Shown here: positions 19,164-29,197 of the stretch, in pieces
Layout: the number at the start of each line of letters is the position of its first letter
Position numbering within the stretch: the stretch's first letter is position 1
IMG/VR virus record: IMGVR_UViG_2909314774_000001
Reading direction: 5' to 3' (one strand)
Origin: a virus
Lineage: Duplodnaviria > Heunggongvirae > Uroviricota > Caudoviricetes
Length of the DNA stretch: 64,000 nucleotides
Program-made: the position numbers and the translations under genes
The notes under the pieces: generated by a model
What the model was told of the DNA's origin: nothing
The model's input: the letters and a program-made list of their open reading frames with translations, nothing else
The model's database searches: none

Positions 19164-20267
19164 ATGAAAAATAGCTTTGACAGAGCACGCGCTGCGGAGA
19201 ACACCTCAAAAGAGGCGATAGAGTATCTCGAAAGAGCATCTCAAATGCAGGCCGTTATGATCTCCCAGGTCAGCAATGACATGAGATTCTCGGACGCATT
19301 CATGTTATTCACTCGCTTATCTCTGCTGATAACCAGACGTCGGCCAGAGATCGCTGTTCATTGTATTTTGATACATGTTTTGCCGCACATTGCCGATGTA
19401 AAAGTAAGTGACATTAATAGGTTCATGGTGAACCAACTGGTCAACCCACTAATACTGGATGGCAAAATTGTTATGGGCCGCCGCGTTTTCTCTCTGATGA
19501 AGCAGTTCCTTAGCTGGTGCGCCTTCCAGGGGATGATAGACGTGTCACCGTTAAACGATATGTCACTTAACAAAGTTGCCGGTGGCGCAAAGCCCACACC
19601 TCGCGAGCGGAAGCTGACCGACGCAGAGGTATGGGTGTTCTGGAATATATGGGACTACTTCAATGTGTGTGCTGGTACAAAATGGGCGGCCAGGCTATGT
19701 CTTGTATCCGCAAGACGACCTGACGAAGTACTGCGGGCTAAAAAAAGTGAGTTCAATCTTAAGCGTGGGGTTTGGAATCAAGGCAAGAGGAACAAATCTG
19801 CCCGTGAGCATTCTCTGCCTTTAAGCTCATTAATGCGCACTTGTATTGAAGAGTTGTTCGAATATGGTAAAGACAGCCAGTGGCTCGTGCCTTCGAATAA
19901 AAAAATCGGGAAAGACCTTCCTATGTCTAAAGTGGCAATAGCCCAGGCATTACGTCGTATTCTGGAACGACCAGAACTGATGGAGCTTGAGCCATTTACA
20001 CCCCGAGATTTGCGCCGTACTGCGCGTAGTTACTTCCCAGCATTAGGCATAAGCCAGGAGGTATCACGTAAAATCATGAACCACAGTCTTGAGGGGATAG
20101 ATCGGGTCTACGACCGGCACGATTATATGGACGAGATGCGAGACGCCTTAGAAAGTTTCTCGACGTACATCGCATCAATCGTAGAGCAACCGGATTTAGA
20201 CGAAATTGACCACAAATTTAAGGGAGATCGTCTATCAACAGAGCTTATTCGTGTAAATTTTTCATAG
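19164..20267 (+). CDS. Tyrosine recombinase (phage-integrase family) lacking an N-terminal arm-binding domain
   Basis: Core-binding and catalytic domains with R...H..R...Y-type segments (LVSARRPDEV..., ...RDLRRTARSYF..., HSLEGIDRVYDRHDY); nothing upstream resembles an arm-binding domain. Confidence 0.7.
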   Translation: MKNSFDRARAAENTSKEAIEYLERASQMQAVMISQVSNDMRFSDAFMLFTRLSLLITRRRPEIAVHCILIHVLPHIADVKVSDINRFMVNQLVNPLILDGKIVMGRRVFSLMKQFLSWCAFQGMIDVSPLNDMSLNKVAGGAKPTPRERKLTDAEVWVFWNIWDYFNVCAGTKWAARLCLVSARRPDEVLRAKKSEFNLKRGVWNQGKRNKSAREHSLPLSSLMRTCIEELFEYGKDSQWLVPSNKKIGKDLPMSKVAIAQALRRILERPELMELEPFTPRDLRRTARSYFPALGISQEVSRKIMNHSLEGIDRVYDRHDYMDEMRDALESFSTYIASIVEQPDLDEIDHKFKGDRLSTELIRVNFS

Positions 20268-20648
20268 AGACTTTATGGCCTCAACAACCTTTTGTGATGC
20301 GCCTTTCTCTTTACCGAATCGCTCGTTATATGCAGCAAGAACCTGTTTTTCGTCCTCGTTAAGAGGAGCAGTGCCTTCTTTGTATAAAAATGCTGCGAGT
20401 TCGGGTTGGCGTTCTTCCAGCACCATCATCATAAGACGACTTGGCTCAATACCCAGTGCCAGCGCCAGCGGACGAACCTTATCGATAGGCAAAGGAATTT
20501 TGCCGCTTTTAATTAAAGAAAGGTTGTTGGCGTTTTTATACCCAATTGTTTTGGCTATCTGGGCCTGGCTCATAGGTGAGGATTCAATCAACCCTGCGAT
20601 AAAAGCAGCGTAGCGACTTTCTATAAATTCAATCTTGTTATCAGACAT
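20262..20648 (-). CDS. XRE-family helix-turn-helix transcriptional regulator
   Basis: HTH segment SQAQIAKTIGYKNANNLSLIKSGK; divergent from the downstream + strand genes; its promoter region carries a GGTAAGTGCTTACC palindrome. Confidence 0.7.
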   Translation of the reverse strand: MSDNKIEFIESRYAAFIAGLIESSPMSQAQIAKTIGYKNANNLSLIKSGKIPLPIDKVRPLALALGIEPSRLMMMVLEERQPELAAFLYKEGTAPLNEDEKQVLAAYNERFGKEKGASQKVVEAIKSL

Positions 20649-20899
20649 GGTTACAACCTTTGCGCGTTCAATTCTCTCTGGTAAGTGCTTACCGATATTA
20701 CATCAAAGGTTAGGGTTGTAAAGCTATTATCATTTTTTTCGATAGGCACTTAAAAGACCGGTTAAAGGCCATTGCACGGAGAAAAATTAGCCCAAAACAG
20801 GTAAGAAAATCAACTTGCATATGATATGAATGTATTCAGTATTGATACAAATTTTAGTAGTATTCCTTACCATAATATAAGTTAGAATGGATTGATTGA

Positions 20900-21112
20900 A
20901 TGAACACCACTATTTCCAGCCTAATCGCTCTTGAGATCGGACACGTACAGAAATTAGCTGATGAGTGTGTAGCTGACATCCTCACCGATCTACCGAATGA
21001 GCAGATTCAGGTTGGTGTGAATGACACAACTGGATTTATATTCGAACTTAACAACAAACGCTTCACGCTTCTCAATACCGGCTCCGGGTCTTTAGCCGTC
21101 AGAATCTGTTAA
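20900..21112 (+). CDS. Hypothetical protein
   Basis: 70-codon ORF downstream of an AT-rich divergent promoter region. Confidence 0.4.
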   Translation: MNTTISSLIALEIGHVQKLADECVADILTDLPNEQIQVGVNDTTGFIFELNNKRFTLLNTGSGSLAVRIC

Positions 21113-21210
21113 CCCCTCTTCTCCCTGCGCGAATGGCTTAGTTCCCTGTTCGCGCAGTGCTACATTAAACACACTAGTAAATAATTTGTTTTCATAACAA
21201 AGGATTAGCC

Positions 21211-23319
21211 ATGTCTAAAAAACGTTCCATCAAAGAGGTTCAGGACTTCCGTGACAGTGTAAAACGAGTAGTCGCTCTCCTTTCAGGTAAAAACATCCCT
21301 GTTGCAGAACGAGGGGACGACGCTTATGTACGCTATAACGATGATGGAGAGCCAATTCTCGTAAACATCCCATCAATCCCGGATAACGCAACACCGGCAT
21401 TGATGAATGCTGTGCGCGGATTTCTCGATCATGAGGTTGCTCACATTTTGTTTACCGATATTCGTGTGTCCAACAAAATGAGAGAAAAAGGACGCGTTCC
21501 TTCCTGGTCGCTATGGAATGCCTTAGAAGACGTGTTCATCGAGCGAAAAATGGGTCAGGTCTTTAACGGAACAAGACGTAATCTGATGGCAACTCAGCGC
21601 CTTATAATCGAAAAAGTCTTTAAACCAAAGGCTTCAGAGGCTATTGCTTATTGTGGCAAAGATCAGCGCGCGCTTTTTCTAAACTTCTTTCTCTGTCCGG
21701 TTGTAAGAGCCTGGGATGGCCAAGCACCGTTCGTAGATTTCATGGATGAATATTGGCCTGTCATTGAGAAACCAATTTCATTATTAAAAGAACATGGTAT
21801 CGATGTGGCCGTGCGTAACATGTCTTGCACCGAGGATTGTGTAAAGGTGGCTGCGACCATAGCTAAGATCCTCAAAGACACTGAAAGTGAAAGCAAAGGT
21901 AAGGAGTCAGCTCCGGGAAAAACTTCCGATCCTTCAGACGCTGACCAGACGGATGCCTCTGGAGAAAACAATGAAGACAACGAAGATCATGAGACACCCT
22001 CATCGTTAGATAATCACAAATCTATTAAATCAGAGTCACATAGTAAGCACAAACATGATAATAACGACAGTGATGATTCAGATAATCCTGAATCATCAGA
22101 AACAATATTCGATGATACAGAAAATGATAAAGCGGTATCAGATTCTGATGCTTCTGATAACGCGGCGTCAGAATCATTAACCGCTGACCACGAAAAAAGA
22201 AAAACGACAGAAGACGGCTCTTCAGACATTCCAACTCCGTCAAAAATGAGTCTGGAAGAGGCTTTAGAGGAGTTGGATAGCATGGAAGATGAAGTCGGAG
22301 GCATGACAGAAGATGCGCTATCCGAAACGATTAAAAGCGAGTTAACAGAAAGCTCGAAAAGCGAATACAGGCCATACAATCGCTCATACGACTTCATCGG
22401 CTCGATTGATCAGGCAGAAGCCCATATCAAACGGCTTATTAAAACATTCTCCGATATTGATTTAGGTGGATATCCAATCAGCCGTTATCGCATCGTTCCT
22501 GAAGGCAACCAACTCTTCGACAAATATATTGAAAAGCACCTTTCGTCAGGTGTTTCGTCGACGCTGGCAAAAGACCTGGAACGTGCAATAGCAAGCAGAA
22601 ACAGAGTTCAGTTTATACCTGGCCAGCGTCGGGGGCGCATTCATGGTTCAAGTATCTACAGATTAACAATGAATGATGATCGCGTGTTTCGTAAAAAAGA
22701 AGAATCTAAAGCCGTTAACGCCTGTGTTCAACAAGTGATTGATTTATCGGGTTCAATGAGTGGCGAAACGATAAAACTAGCTCTTGCAAGTGCATATACC
22801 ATCGCCGATGCACTTGATCGAATAAATGTTCCCAACATTATCACCGGCTTCACTACATTTGGCAGTCATATGGCAGCAGGAGAACTTAAGGCTATCAAAT
22901 ATGAGTTCTCTCGCTTTGAATCTTTAATGCTACCTATCATCAAAAATTGGAATGAAAAAGCAAATTCTCGCGAAGTTCGCTCACGTATGGGGTGCGTAGG
23001 CTACACATTCCCACTTCTTAATAACGTGGATGGTGAAAGCATAGCCAGCCTTGCATCGTTATTTTCCGGTCGCTTGGAGGACAGGAAGATCATGCTTGTT
23101 CTGAGCGATGGCGCGCCGTGGGCTGTTGGGAGAGGTTTTGACGCCCATTTGCGTTCGGTTACGAAGCAAATTGAAACGCAGACTGACATTGATTTGATGG
23201 CAATTGGCATCATGACTGATGCACCGGAGAGATTTTACGCAAATCATGCCCTGGTAACTAGTGTTGATAGTCTTGGTTCATCTGTAGTTACTGAACTATC
23301 TCGTATCATTTTGAAGTAA
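21211..23319 (+). CDS. von Willebrand factor A domain protein (CobT-like) with long acidic Ser/Asp-rich disordered insert
   Basis: MIDAS motif DLSGSMSG in the C-terminal half; central ~110 residue low-complexity acidic segment. Confidence 0.65.
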   Translation: MSKKRSIKEVQDFRDSVKRVVALLSGKNIPVAERGDDAYVRYNDDGEPILVNIPSIPDNATPALMNAVRGFLDHEVAHILFTDIRVSNKMREKGRVPSWSLWNALEDVFIERKMGQVFNGTRRNLMATQRLIIEKVFKPKASEAIAYCGKDQRALFLNFFLCPVVRAWDGQAPFVDFMDEYWPVIEKPISLLKEHGIDVAVRNMSCTEDCVKVAATIAKILKDTESESKGKESAPGKTSDPSDADQTDASGENNEDNEDHETPSSLDNHKSIKSESHSKHKHDNNDSDDSDNPESSETIFDDTENDKAVSDSDASDNAASESLTADHEKRKTTEDGSSDIPTPSKMSLEEALEELDSMEDEVGGMTEDALSETIKSELTESSKSEYRPYNRSYDFIGSIDQAEAHIKRLIKTFSDIDLGGYPISRYRIVPEGNQLFDKYIEKHLSSGVSSTLAKDLERAIASRNRVQFIPGQRRGRIHGSSIYRLTMNDDRVFRKKEESKAVNACVQQVIDLSGSMSGETIKLALASAYTIADALDRINVPNIITGFTTFGSHMAAGELKAIKYEFSRFESLMLPIIKNWNEKANSREVRSRMGCVGYTFPLLNNVDGESIASLASLFSGRLEDRKIMLVLSDGAPWAVGRGFDAHLRSVTKQIETQTDIDLMAIGIMTDAPERFYANHALVTSVDSLGSSVVTELSRIILK

Positions 23320-23414
23320 TTAAAACAGCCTTAATGATAAGTAACTACTTACCATAGTTAATGGTATATTTATATAAGAACTTGAACGCTCATTAGAGAA
23401 CAAAGGAAAAGCGC

Positions 23415-24650
23415 ATGACTACTACTGCACTGCAAAATGATAAAAATCCTTCTGATTACCTTGTTTGCAAGTGGTGCGGCAAATCATTTCACTATTTTAA
23501 GTCCCATGTAGCCAATGGTAATTGCGAGGGCATTCCTGAGTCAGTAAAAGATGCCGATCCTGACACCGTACTGAAAATGTACACAACGCAGTTTCCAGAT
23601 GAACCAACGCTATCGAAAAAGGCACTTGATGCAATTCAAGCTAAACGTGCCGAGCAAAAAAGCGAAATGGCGAAATCTTCTGGCTTGACCAGTAGCCCAG
23701 GCTACACAGGCACAGTTGAGTACAAGACAGATCTGGTCGCAGCTCACGAACTGCTAAACGTAACGGTGGAAGAACTCGGAACAAAACGTGGGACGCCGCT
23801 CATGGTTAGCGTCAACGTCAATACGCCGTATCCAGAGTTCGTTCCAGAAGTGAAGAAGGGCTACGTATATGGCGACTTCGAACTGATCAAAGATATTTTC
23901 ATGATGCTTGAACTTGGCATACCTGGCTATTTGTGGGGTCATGCAGGAACAGGCAAATCGTCATTGCCTACACAGCTATGTGCTTTGCTCAATCGTCCGT
24001 TGATCCGTGCCCAACATACAGCATCAATGGAAGAGGCACATGTTACGGGGCAAATTCTGGCGCGTGATGGCTCTACGTATTTCGAGCCTGGCTTGCTTGC
24101 GCTCGCAATGAAGCATGGCTGGGTTTACCTCGCGGATGAATACGACTTTGCGTTTCCACAAATTCTTGGCGTGTATCAGCCAGTGCTGGAAGGTGAGGCG
24201 TTGGTCATCAAAGAGGCAACTCCAGAATGGCGTCGCATTACTCCGCATGAACGGTTTGCTTTCATTGGCACTGGCAACACAAACGGTTCTGGTGATGAAA
24301 CCGGCTTGTACCAGGGTACAAACATCCAGAACGCCGCGAACTTTTCACGTTTTGGCATCGTTTCGAATGTGAAATACATGAGCAAAGAGGCAGAGATCAA
24401 CATGTTGATAAATGCCGGCATCGTGGATGAATACGCTGAAAAGATGGTTAAGTTTGCCGGTATCGTTCGCGATGGATATGAAGAACACCTTATCAGCCAG
24501 CCAATTGGGCCTCGTGAGCTTTTGTTGTCGGCCAAGATTGGAATGATGCGAGGCGACTTTGTGACAGGTATTGAGCGTTCTTTCATTAACAAACTCCCTT
24601 CAGCTTCTGCGCAAGCGGCTCGTGAAGTTGTTCAAAAAATATTTGGTTAA
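23415..24650 (+). CDS. AAA+ ATPase (CobS/MoxR-like)
   Basis: Walker A GHAGTGKSS and Walker B VYLADEYD; adjacent to the VWA protein, the usual pairing. Confidence 0.7.
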   Translation: MTTTALQNDKNPSDYLVCKWCGKSFHYFKSHVANGNCEGIPESVKDADPDTVLKMYTTQFPDEPTLSKKALDAIQAKRAEQKSEMAKSSGLTSSPGYTGTVEYKTDLVAAHELLNVTVEELGTKRGTPLMVSVNVNTPYPEFVPEVKKGYVYGDFELIKDIFMMLELGIPGYLWGHAGTGKSSLPTQLCALLNRPLIRAQHTASMEEAHVTGQILARDGSTYFEPGLLALAMKHGWVYLADEYDFAFPQILGVYQPVLEGEALVIKEATPEWRRITPHERFAFIGTGNTNGSGDETGLYQGTNIQNAANFSRFGIVSNVKYMSKEAEINMLINAGIVDEYAEKMVKFAGIVRDGYEEHLISQPIGPRELLLSAKIGMMRGDFVTGIERSFINKLPSASAQAAREVVQKIFG

Positions 24651-24652
24651 TC

Positions 24653-24856
24653 GTGCGTAAAGGATGTTTCGGCTCTCTTATCGCTGCTTCTGAAACTGGC
24701 AAGGCTTGTCTGGGGTGTCCAGACAAGCCCGATTGTCACCAATCAGCAAAAGAAGTTGCGATTTCGATGTATGGGAAGTTCGTAGGCTTCCCCAATGACA
24801 AAATCAAAAAAACCAGAAAGGTAAAAACACATGAAGGCACTGATGGTTCGAACTGA
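24653..24856 (+). CDS. Small Cys-rich protein
   Basis: 67-codon ORF with C..C...C pattern; overlaps the start of the polymerase gene. Confidence 0.35.
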   Translation: MRKGCFGSLIAASETGKACLGCPDKPDCHQSAKEVAISMYGKFVGFPNDKIKKTRKVKTHEGTDGSN

Positions 24857-27800
24857 CTTCTCACTTGGGGAGTCGGCTCTAAAAGCAGAAAACGCGGTGA
24901 AGATTGCCAGAGAAGCTGGCTACACCGCTGTAATTTCAGCAGATAGCATGAATATTGCAAGTGTTATTCCACTACAACGTGCCGCTGGTGACGACATGGC
25001 GGTTATTTGTGGTGTGAAACTAAACATTGTTGATGATCCCACATACGAGCACCGGGCTAAACTTGCTAAAGAATCTATGAGATGTATGGAATCATTAGAG
25101 CGGGGACGTAACTACTCGTTTACCGCTCTAATTAAAAATGAGCAAGGATATCGCGACATCTGCGAACTAATGACGGCGGCCAACACACGAGAACAGTTCT
25201 ACTTTGTACCGCGTCTCTCGCTCGAACAGTTGGTTTCTACATATGCCAAAGGCAACATCATCCTGCTTACTTCCGACATCGGTAGCGTGTTCCAACGCAA
25301 CGATTTTGCAAAAATCATAAGCACACTGATTACAGCGGGTGGAAAAGACAACTTCTATAGTGTGGTTTATCCGCACCCTACCCCATTCTACGACCAGATT
25401 AACGTCCGGGCGATGAAAGTCGCCAGCGCATTGAAAATAGAGCCAGTGGCGTTCTATCCCGCTTATTACGAATCGATCGACGATGCAGACATTAAAGACA
25501 TTGCGCACATGGTTACGAACAACATCAAAATCGACCAGCCGCATCGTCTGCGTATCCCCCACCAGCGAGATAACGCCGTCAATGGTCGCCGCCATCTCCT
25601 TGAGGCGCTTAAAGCCTTCTCCGTTCGCATGGATGTGCCGGTAACAGCTGCAATGGCCTCAACAACGCAGGATACCATTATCGATGCCTGCACATGGCGC
25701 TGGCATGAATTGCCGCCAGCACTGCCAAAGATGGCAGACGACGAGCCTGCAACGCTTATGAAACTGGCTGTTGCAGGGCTGCGTAAACGTCTTACCACAA
25801 AAGAGTTTGGCTACACACCACCTGCTTCTGAGAACAGGGTTTATGTTGAGCGGCTAAAGTACGAAATGGACACGCTGACTCGCCTGGGATTTTGTGGTTA
25901 CTTCCTGATGGTACGCGATCTGATGAATCATAGTCGTGAAACTGGCATTCCCGTTGGGCCTGGTCGTGGTTCCTCTGCCGGTTCTCTGGTGGCGTGGTGC
26001 ATAGGCATAACCAACGTCGACCCAATCCGTCACGGTCTTCTGTTTGAGCGTTTCATCAACCCTGAGCGTCTCGACTTGCCGGATGCGGACTTGGACTTCA
26101 GCCAGGCACGTCGCCATGAGGTGATCGAGTATCTGAATGAACGCTACGGCGAAGATTACGTTGCGGGTATTCCGAACTTCACCTACCTGGGCGCAGCCTC
26201 TGCACTACGTGATACCGCTCGTATTTATGGTGTGGAGTCCGCAGATATGGCGGTATCAAAAGAACTGAAGAACGCTGAGGATGATAGCCTTCCATTGGAA
26301 GAACTGCGCGAACAACTGGCAAGTCTCGACAAATACGCAACAAAATATCCTGATGCATTCAATGCAGCCTGCAAGTTACAAAGCCTTATGCGTGGCTTTG
26401 GTAGACATGCGGCAGGGATGATCGTAGCAGGTGTTCCTCTGACAGAACGTACACCGGTTGAGCGCCGTGGTGACGCGCGTTGTATCGCATTTGACAAGCG
26501 TTACTGCGAGGCTATGGGCCTAATTAAGCTGGACGTGCTTGGCCTGGCAACTCTCGATTTGCTCGATAGTGCAAAACGCTACATAAAAGAGAACACAGGT
26601 GAAGATATCAATCTTGATGCCATTTCTCTTGAAGATCGCAAGGTGCTGGATGGTTTTGCTGCTGGGTACACTCAAGGTGTTTTCCAGCTTGAATCAGGCC
26701 CAATGCGCAAGCTGCTTAAAGATTTAGGTGGTGGAATTGAGCCAATGAGCTTTAAAACGGTCGTCGCTACAACTGCGCTCTTCCGGCCGGGGCCAATTCA
26801 ATCAGGCATGTTGGATGACTATGTTTCTGTCGCCAAAGGCTTTATGACGCCGGAATCATTACACCCCGTTCTTGATGAACTTACCGCGGAAACAAATGGC
26901 GTGATTCTCTATCAGGAACAGACGATGAACGCGACTCGATTGCTTGCCGGCTTCACAATGGCTGAAGCTGACGCTGTGCGTTCCGCAATCGGTAAGAAGA
27001 ACATGGAAAAAATGAAGAGCATGGGCGAGAAGTTCATCGTTCAGGCTCAAGCTGGCTGGATAGACGTTGAGCTGGAAGATGGCACTACACAGCGCATTCA
27101 CCGTGCGGAACATTTTAAATGCGAAGACGGAACTCTGAAAACTGTCGAAGAGGCACTTGAGCACGGCGCAAAACTACCTATAAACGCAGTACGCGTTACA
27201 GCGTCACATCCAGGGCTATCAGAGATGAAAGCGAAGGAGATCTGGACCGCATTTGAGAAAAACGGAGCCTATCAGTTCAATAAATCACACTCCGTTGCTT
27301 ATTCTTTAATCAGTTATCAGTCTATGTGGCTAAAGACGCACTACCCTGCTGAGTTCTTCGCAGCTGCGCTCACCATTCTGGGCGAGGATAAGCATCAGGG
27401 GCTGGTGAAGGATGCGCTGACCTATGGCATTCGCGTATTGCCACCAGACGTTAATGTGTCATCTAACCGAATTGAGATCCGCACACTCGAAGACGGCAGT
27501 CAGGCACTGTATGCGCCATTCTCTGCTGTGAAAGGCTGTTCTGAAAATGGTTGTCAGGCAATTATGCGTGCGCGTGAGAAAGTTGGTGGCAAATTCGAGT
27601 CAGTGGCACAATTCGATGAAGCGGTCGAGAAGCGTGCATGTAACAGTCGTGTACGCGAGTCGCTTCATAAAGTAGGGGCTTTTGCGTCAATTGAGCCAGG
27701 CAGTCTTCCAGCAACTGATCCTGAACGACTGCGCGACCAGGCTGAGCTGATGGGCAATCTCATCATTGACGCTGTTAAAGCATCACGTCCGTTCGAAATG

Positions 27801-28349
27801 AATCCTAAGCGTTCTGCCGAAATCAACGTACTCATGACACGTATGGCGGCTGAAATGGGCTTGGGTGAGGAGTTGATACGCCCGACTATTGGTATTAAAC
27901 CCAAAATCATGATCATTCTGGACAATGCGAACGGCAATGACGCTCGTACCGGCTACTTCATGGAGAACGGATACGACGACTTTAAGGCAAAACTACTGAC
28001 AGTTGGAGATCTGCGCATGGGCGATCTTTATGTCACGGGTGTTTGTAAGAAGGTTAAGGACAAAGAGAAAGACTATACCAAAGACGAGATAGGCCAGTTC
28101 ACAGACTTTATGCGGGAAGAAATTAATCTTGTACGACCAACCTACATTTTGACGTGTGGTAGTCGTTCAACCGCACTATTTAACAATAAGAGTAAACCAT
28201 CAGATCTGATTGGTCGTAAGGAGTACTTCCCAGAGCTTGATGCAACCGTCTTCTACGGATTTAACCCGAATATCCTGTACTTCCGACCGGAAGAAGGAGA
28301 GCGACTGGAGGCCATTCTGGCTGATATCGCGGAGACAATAAATAAGTAA
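24831..28349 (+). CDS. DnaE-type DNA polymerase III alpha-like replicative polymerase with extra C-terminal domain
   Basis: PHP N-terminal domain and Pol III alpha core motifs (GFCGYF..., GPGRGSSAGSLVAW..., LLFERFINPER..DAD.DF); C-terminal ~170 residues are not part of the canonical core. Confidence 0.85.
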   Translation: MKALMVRTDFSLGESALKAENAVKIAREAGYTAVISADSMNIASVIPLQRAAGDDMAVICGVKLNIVDDPTYEHRAKLAKESMRCMESLERGRNYSFTALIKNEQGYRDICELMTAANTREQFYFVPRLSLEQLVSTYAKGNIILLTSDIGSVFQRNDFAKIISTLITAGGKDNFYSVVYPHPTPFYDQINVRAMKVASALKIEPVAFYPAYYESIDDADIKDIAHMVTNNIKIDQPHRLRIPHQRDNAVNGRRHLLEALKAFSVRMDVPVTAAMASTTQDTIIDACTWRWHELPPALPKMADDEPATLMKLAVAGLRKRLTTKEFGYTPPASENRVYVERLKYEMDTLTRLGFCGYFLMVRDLMNHSRETGIPVGPGRGSSAGSLVAWCIGITNVDPIRHGLLFERFINPERLDLPDADLDFSQARRHEVIEYLNERYGEDYVAGIPNFTYLGAASALRDTARIYGVESADMAVSKELKNAEDDSLPLEELREQLASLDKYATKYPDAFNAACKLQSLMRGFGRHAAGMIVAGVPLTERTPVERRGDARCIAFDKRYCEAMGLIKLDVLGLATLDLLDSAKRYIKENTGEDINLDAISLEDRKVLDGFAAGYTQGVFQLESGPMRKLLKDLGGGIEPMSFKTVVATTALFRPGPIQSGMLDDYVSVAKGFMTPESLHPVLDELTAETNGVILYQEQTMNATRLLAGFTMAEADAVRSAIGKKNMEKMKSMGEKFIVQAQAGWIDVELEDGTTQRIHRAEHFKCEDGTLKTVEEALEHGAKLPINAVRVTASHPGLSEMKAKEIWTAFEKNGAYQFNKSHSVAYSLISYQSMWLKTHYPAEFFAAALTILGEDKHQGLVKDALTYGIRVLPPDVNVSSNRIEIRTLEDGSQALYAPFSAVKGCSENGCQAIMRAREKVGGKFESVAQFDEAVEKRACNSRVRESLHKVGAFASIEPGSLPATDPERLRDQAELMGNLIIDAVKASRPFEMNPKRSAEINVLMTRMAAEMGLGEELIRPTIGIKPKIMIILDNANGNDARTGYFMENGYDDFKAKLLTVGDLRMGDLYVTGVCKKVKDKEKDYTKDEIGQFTDFMREEINLVRPTYILTCGSRSTALFNNKSKPSDLIGRKEYFPELDATVFYGFNPNILYFRPEEGERLEAILADIAETINK

Positions 28350-28355
28350 TAAAGA

Positions 28356-28380
28356 AAACCCGCCTGTTGGCGGGTTTATA
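28356..28380 (+). terminator. Intrinsic terminator
   Basis: AACCCGCC-TGTT-GGCGGGTT followed by a T-rich tract. Confidence 0.6.
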
Positions 28381-28652
28381 AAGAATTATGGCGCTTGTTG
28401 AGGAAGTCACTCCTCTTACGCACTTTGTTTTGCCATGCCGGCAGTTAGCTTCTGCCTTTGACTATTCATGCGGCAACCCCGCATTTCGCCACAATGGGCA
28501 ATTCACTTTTATGGAATAAACTGGCCGTTGTGTCGATTTAATTAGCATGGCCTTACCATGCTAATTTATTCAACTTGTACAATCCTGCAAATCTATCCAC
28601 TCAGGCTTACACCGTCTTCGTTATTGTAGAAATGAGGATCATCAGCGTTGAA

Positions 28653-28868
28653 TCAGCTTAGAGCAATGACATTTGCTGCTGCTGGGCCTTTAGCCCCATT
28701 CTCGATAGAGAATTCGACCTGCTGGCCTTCTTCCAAAGTGCGGAAATTATTACTCTGAATTGCCGAAAAATGTACAAAAACATCTTTACTGCCATCAGCA
28801 GGAGAAATAAAGCCAAAGCCTTTATCAGAGTTAAACCATTTTACTAAACCAGTCATTTTATTAGACAT
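28653..28868 (-). CDS. Cold-shock protein (CspA family)
   Basis: [23 protein letters not shown]...VFVHFSAIQ... closely matches the E. coli CspA-family sequence; start set at the conserved MS.KMTG. Confidence 0.95.
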   Translation of the reverse strand: MSNKMTGLVKWFNSDKGFGFISPADGSKDVFVHFSAIQSNNFRTLEEGQQVEFSIENGAKGPAAANVIALS

Positions 28869-29197
28869 AGATATTACCTTCTTAATTTTGTGAGCCACAT
28901 AGTGCGGCGAGAATTTGATCTGTATAGATTGGGACTTACTTAGGCACTTAAGGAGGAGACTCACGAAGAAGGGAAATCAGAAGATAACACTGAACTGAGA
29001 CTGCTTTACTAAAACTGCTTACATAAGGTCTGTCTTGCAAACCAACGATGCTATTAACGCATACCCCTTCTTTTCATGCAACCTTTATTTTTCAAAGATA
29101 ACTAATTTTTGTCACCATTGGTTTAGTAAACGTTAACGAACCAGACGATGCCAGACACCTTTACAGAGAACAGATGCCCGCCAATTGGCGGGCATCA

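Noticed and set aside
19164-20267. Canonical prophage integration module (integrase plus attP at a tRNA).
   Set aside because: No arm-binding domain at the N-terminus, no duplicated tRNA 3' fragment seen nearby, and the element carries a full plasmid replication and partition set. An integrative lifestyle is not supported from this window.
25167-27937. Several antisense ORFs of 77-142 codons within the polymerase gene.
   Set aside because: Embedded antisense in a strongly supported 1172-codon gene; no independent signals.
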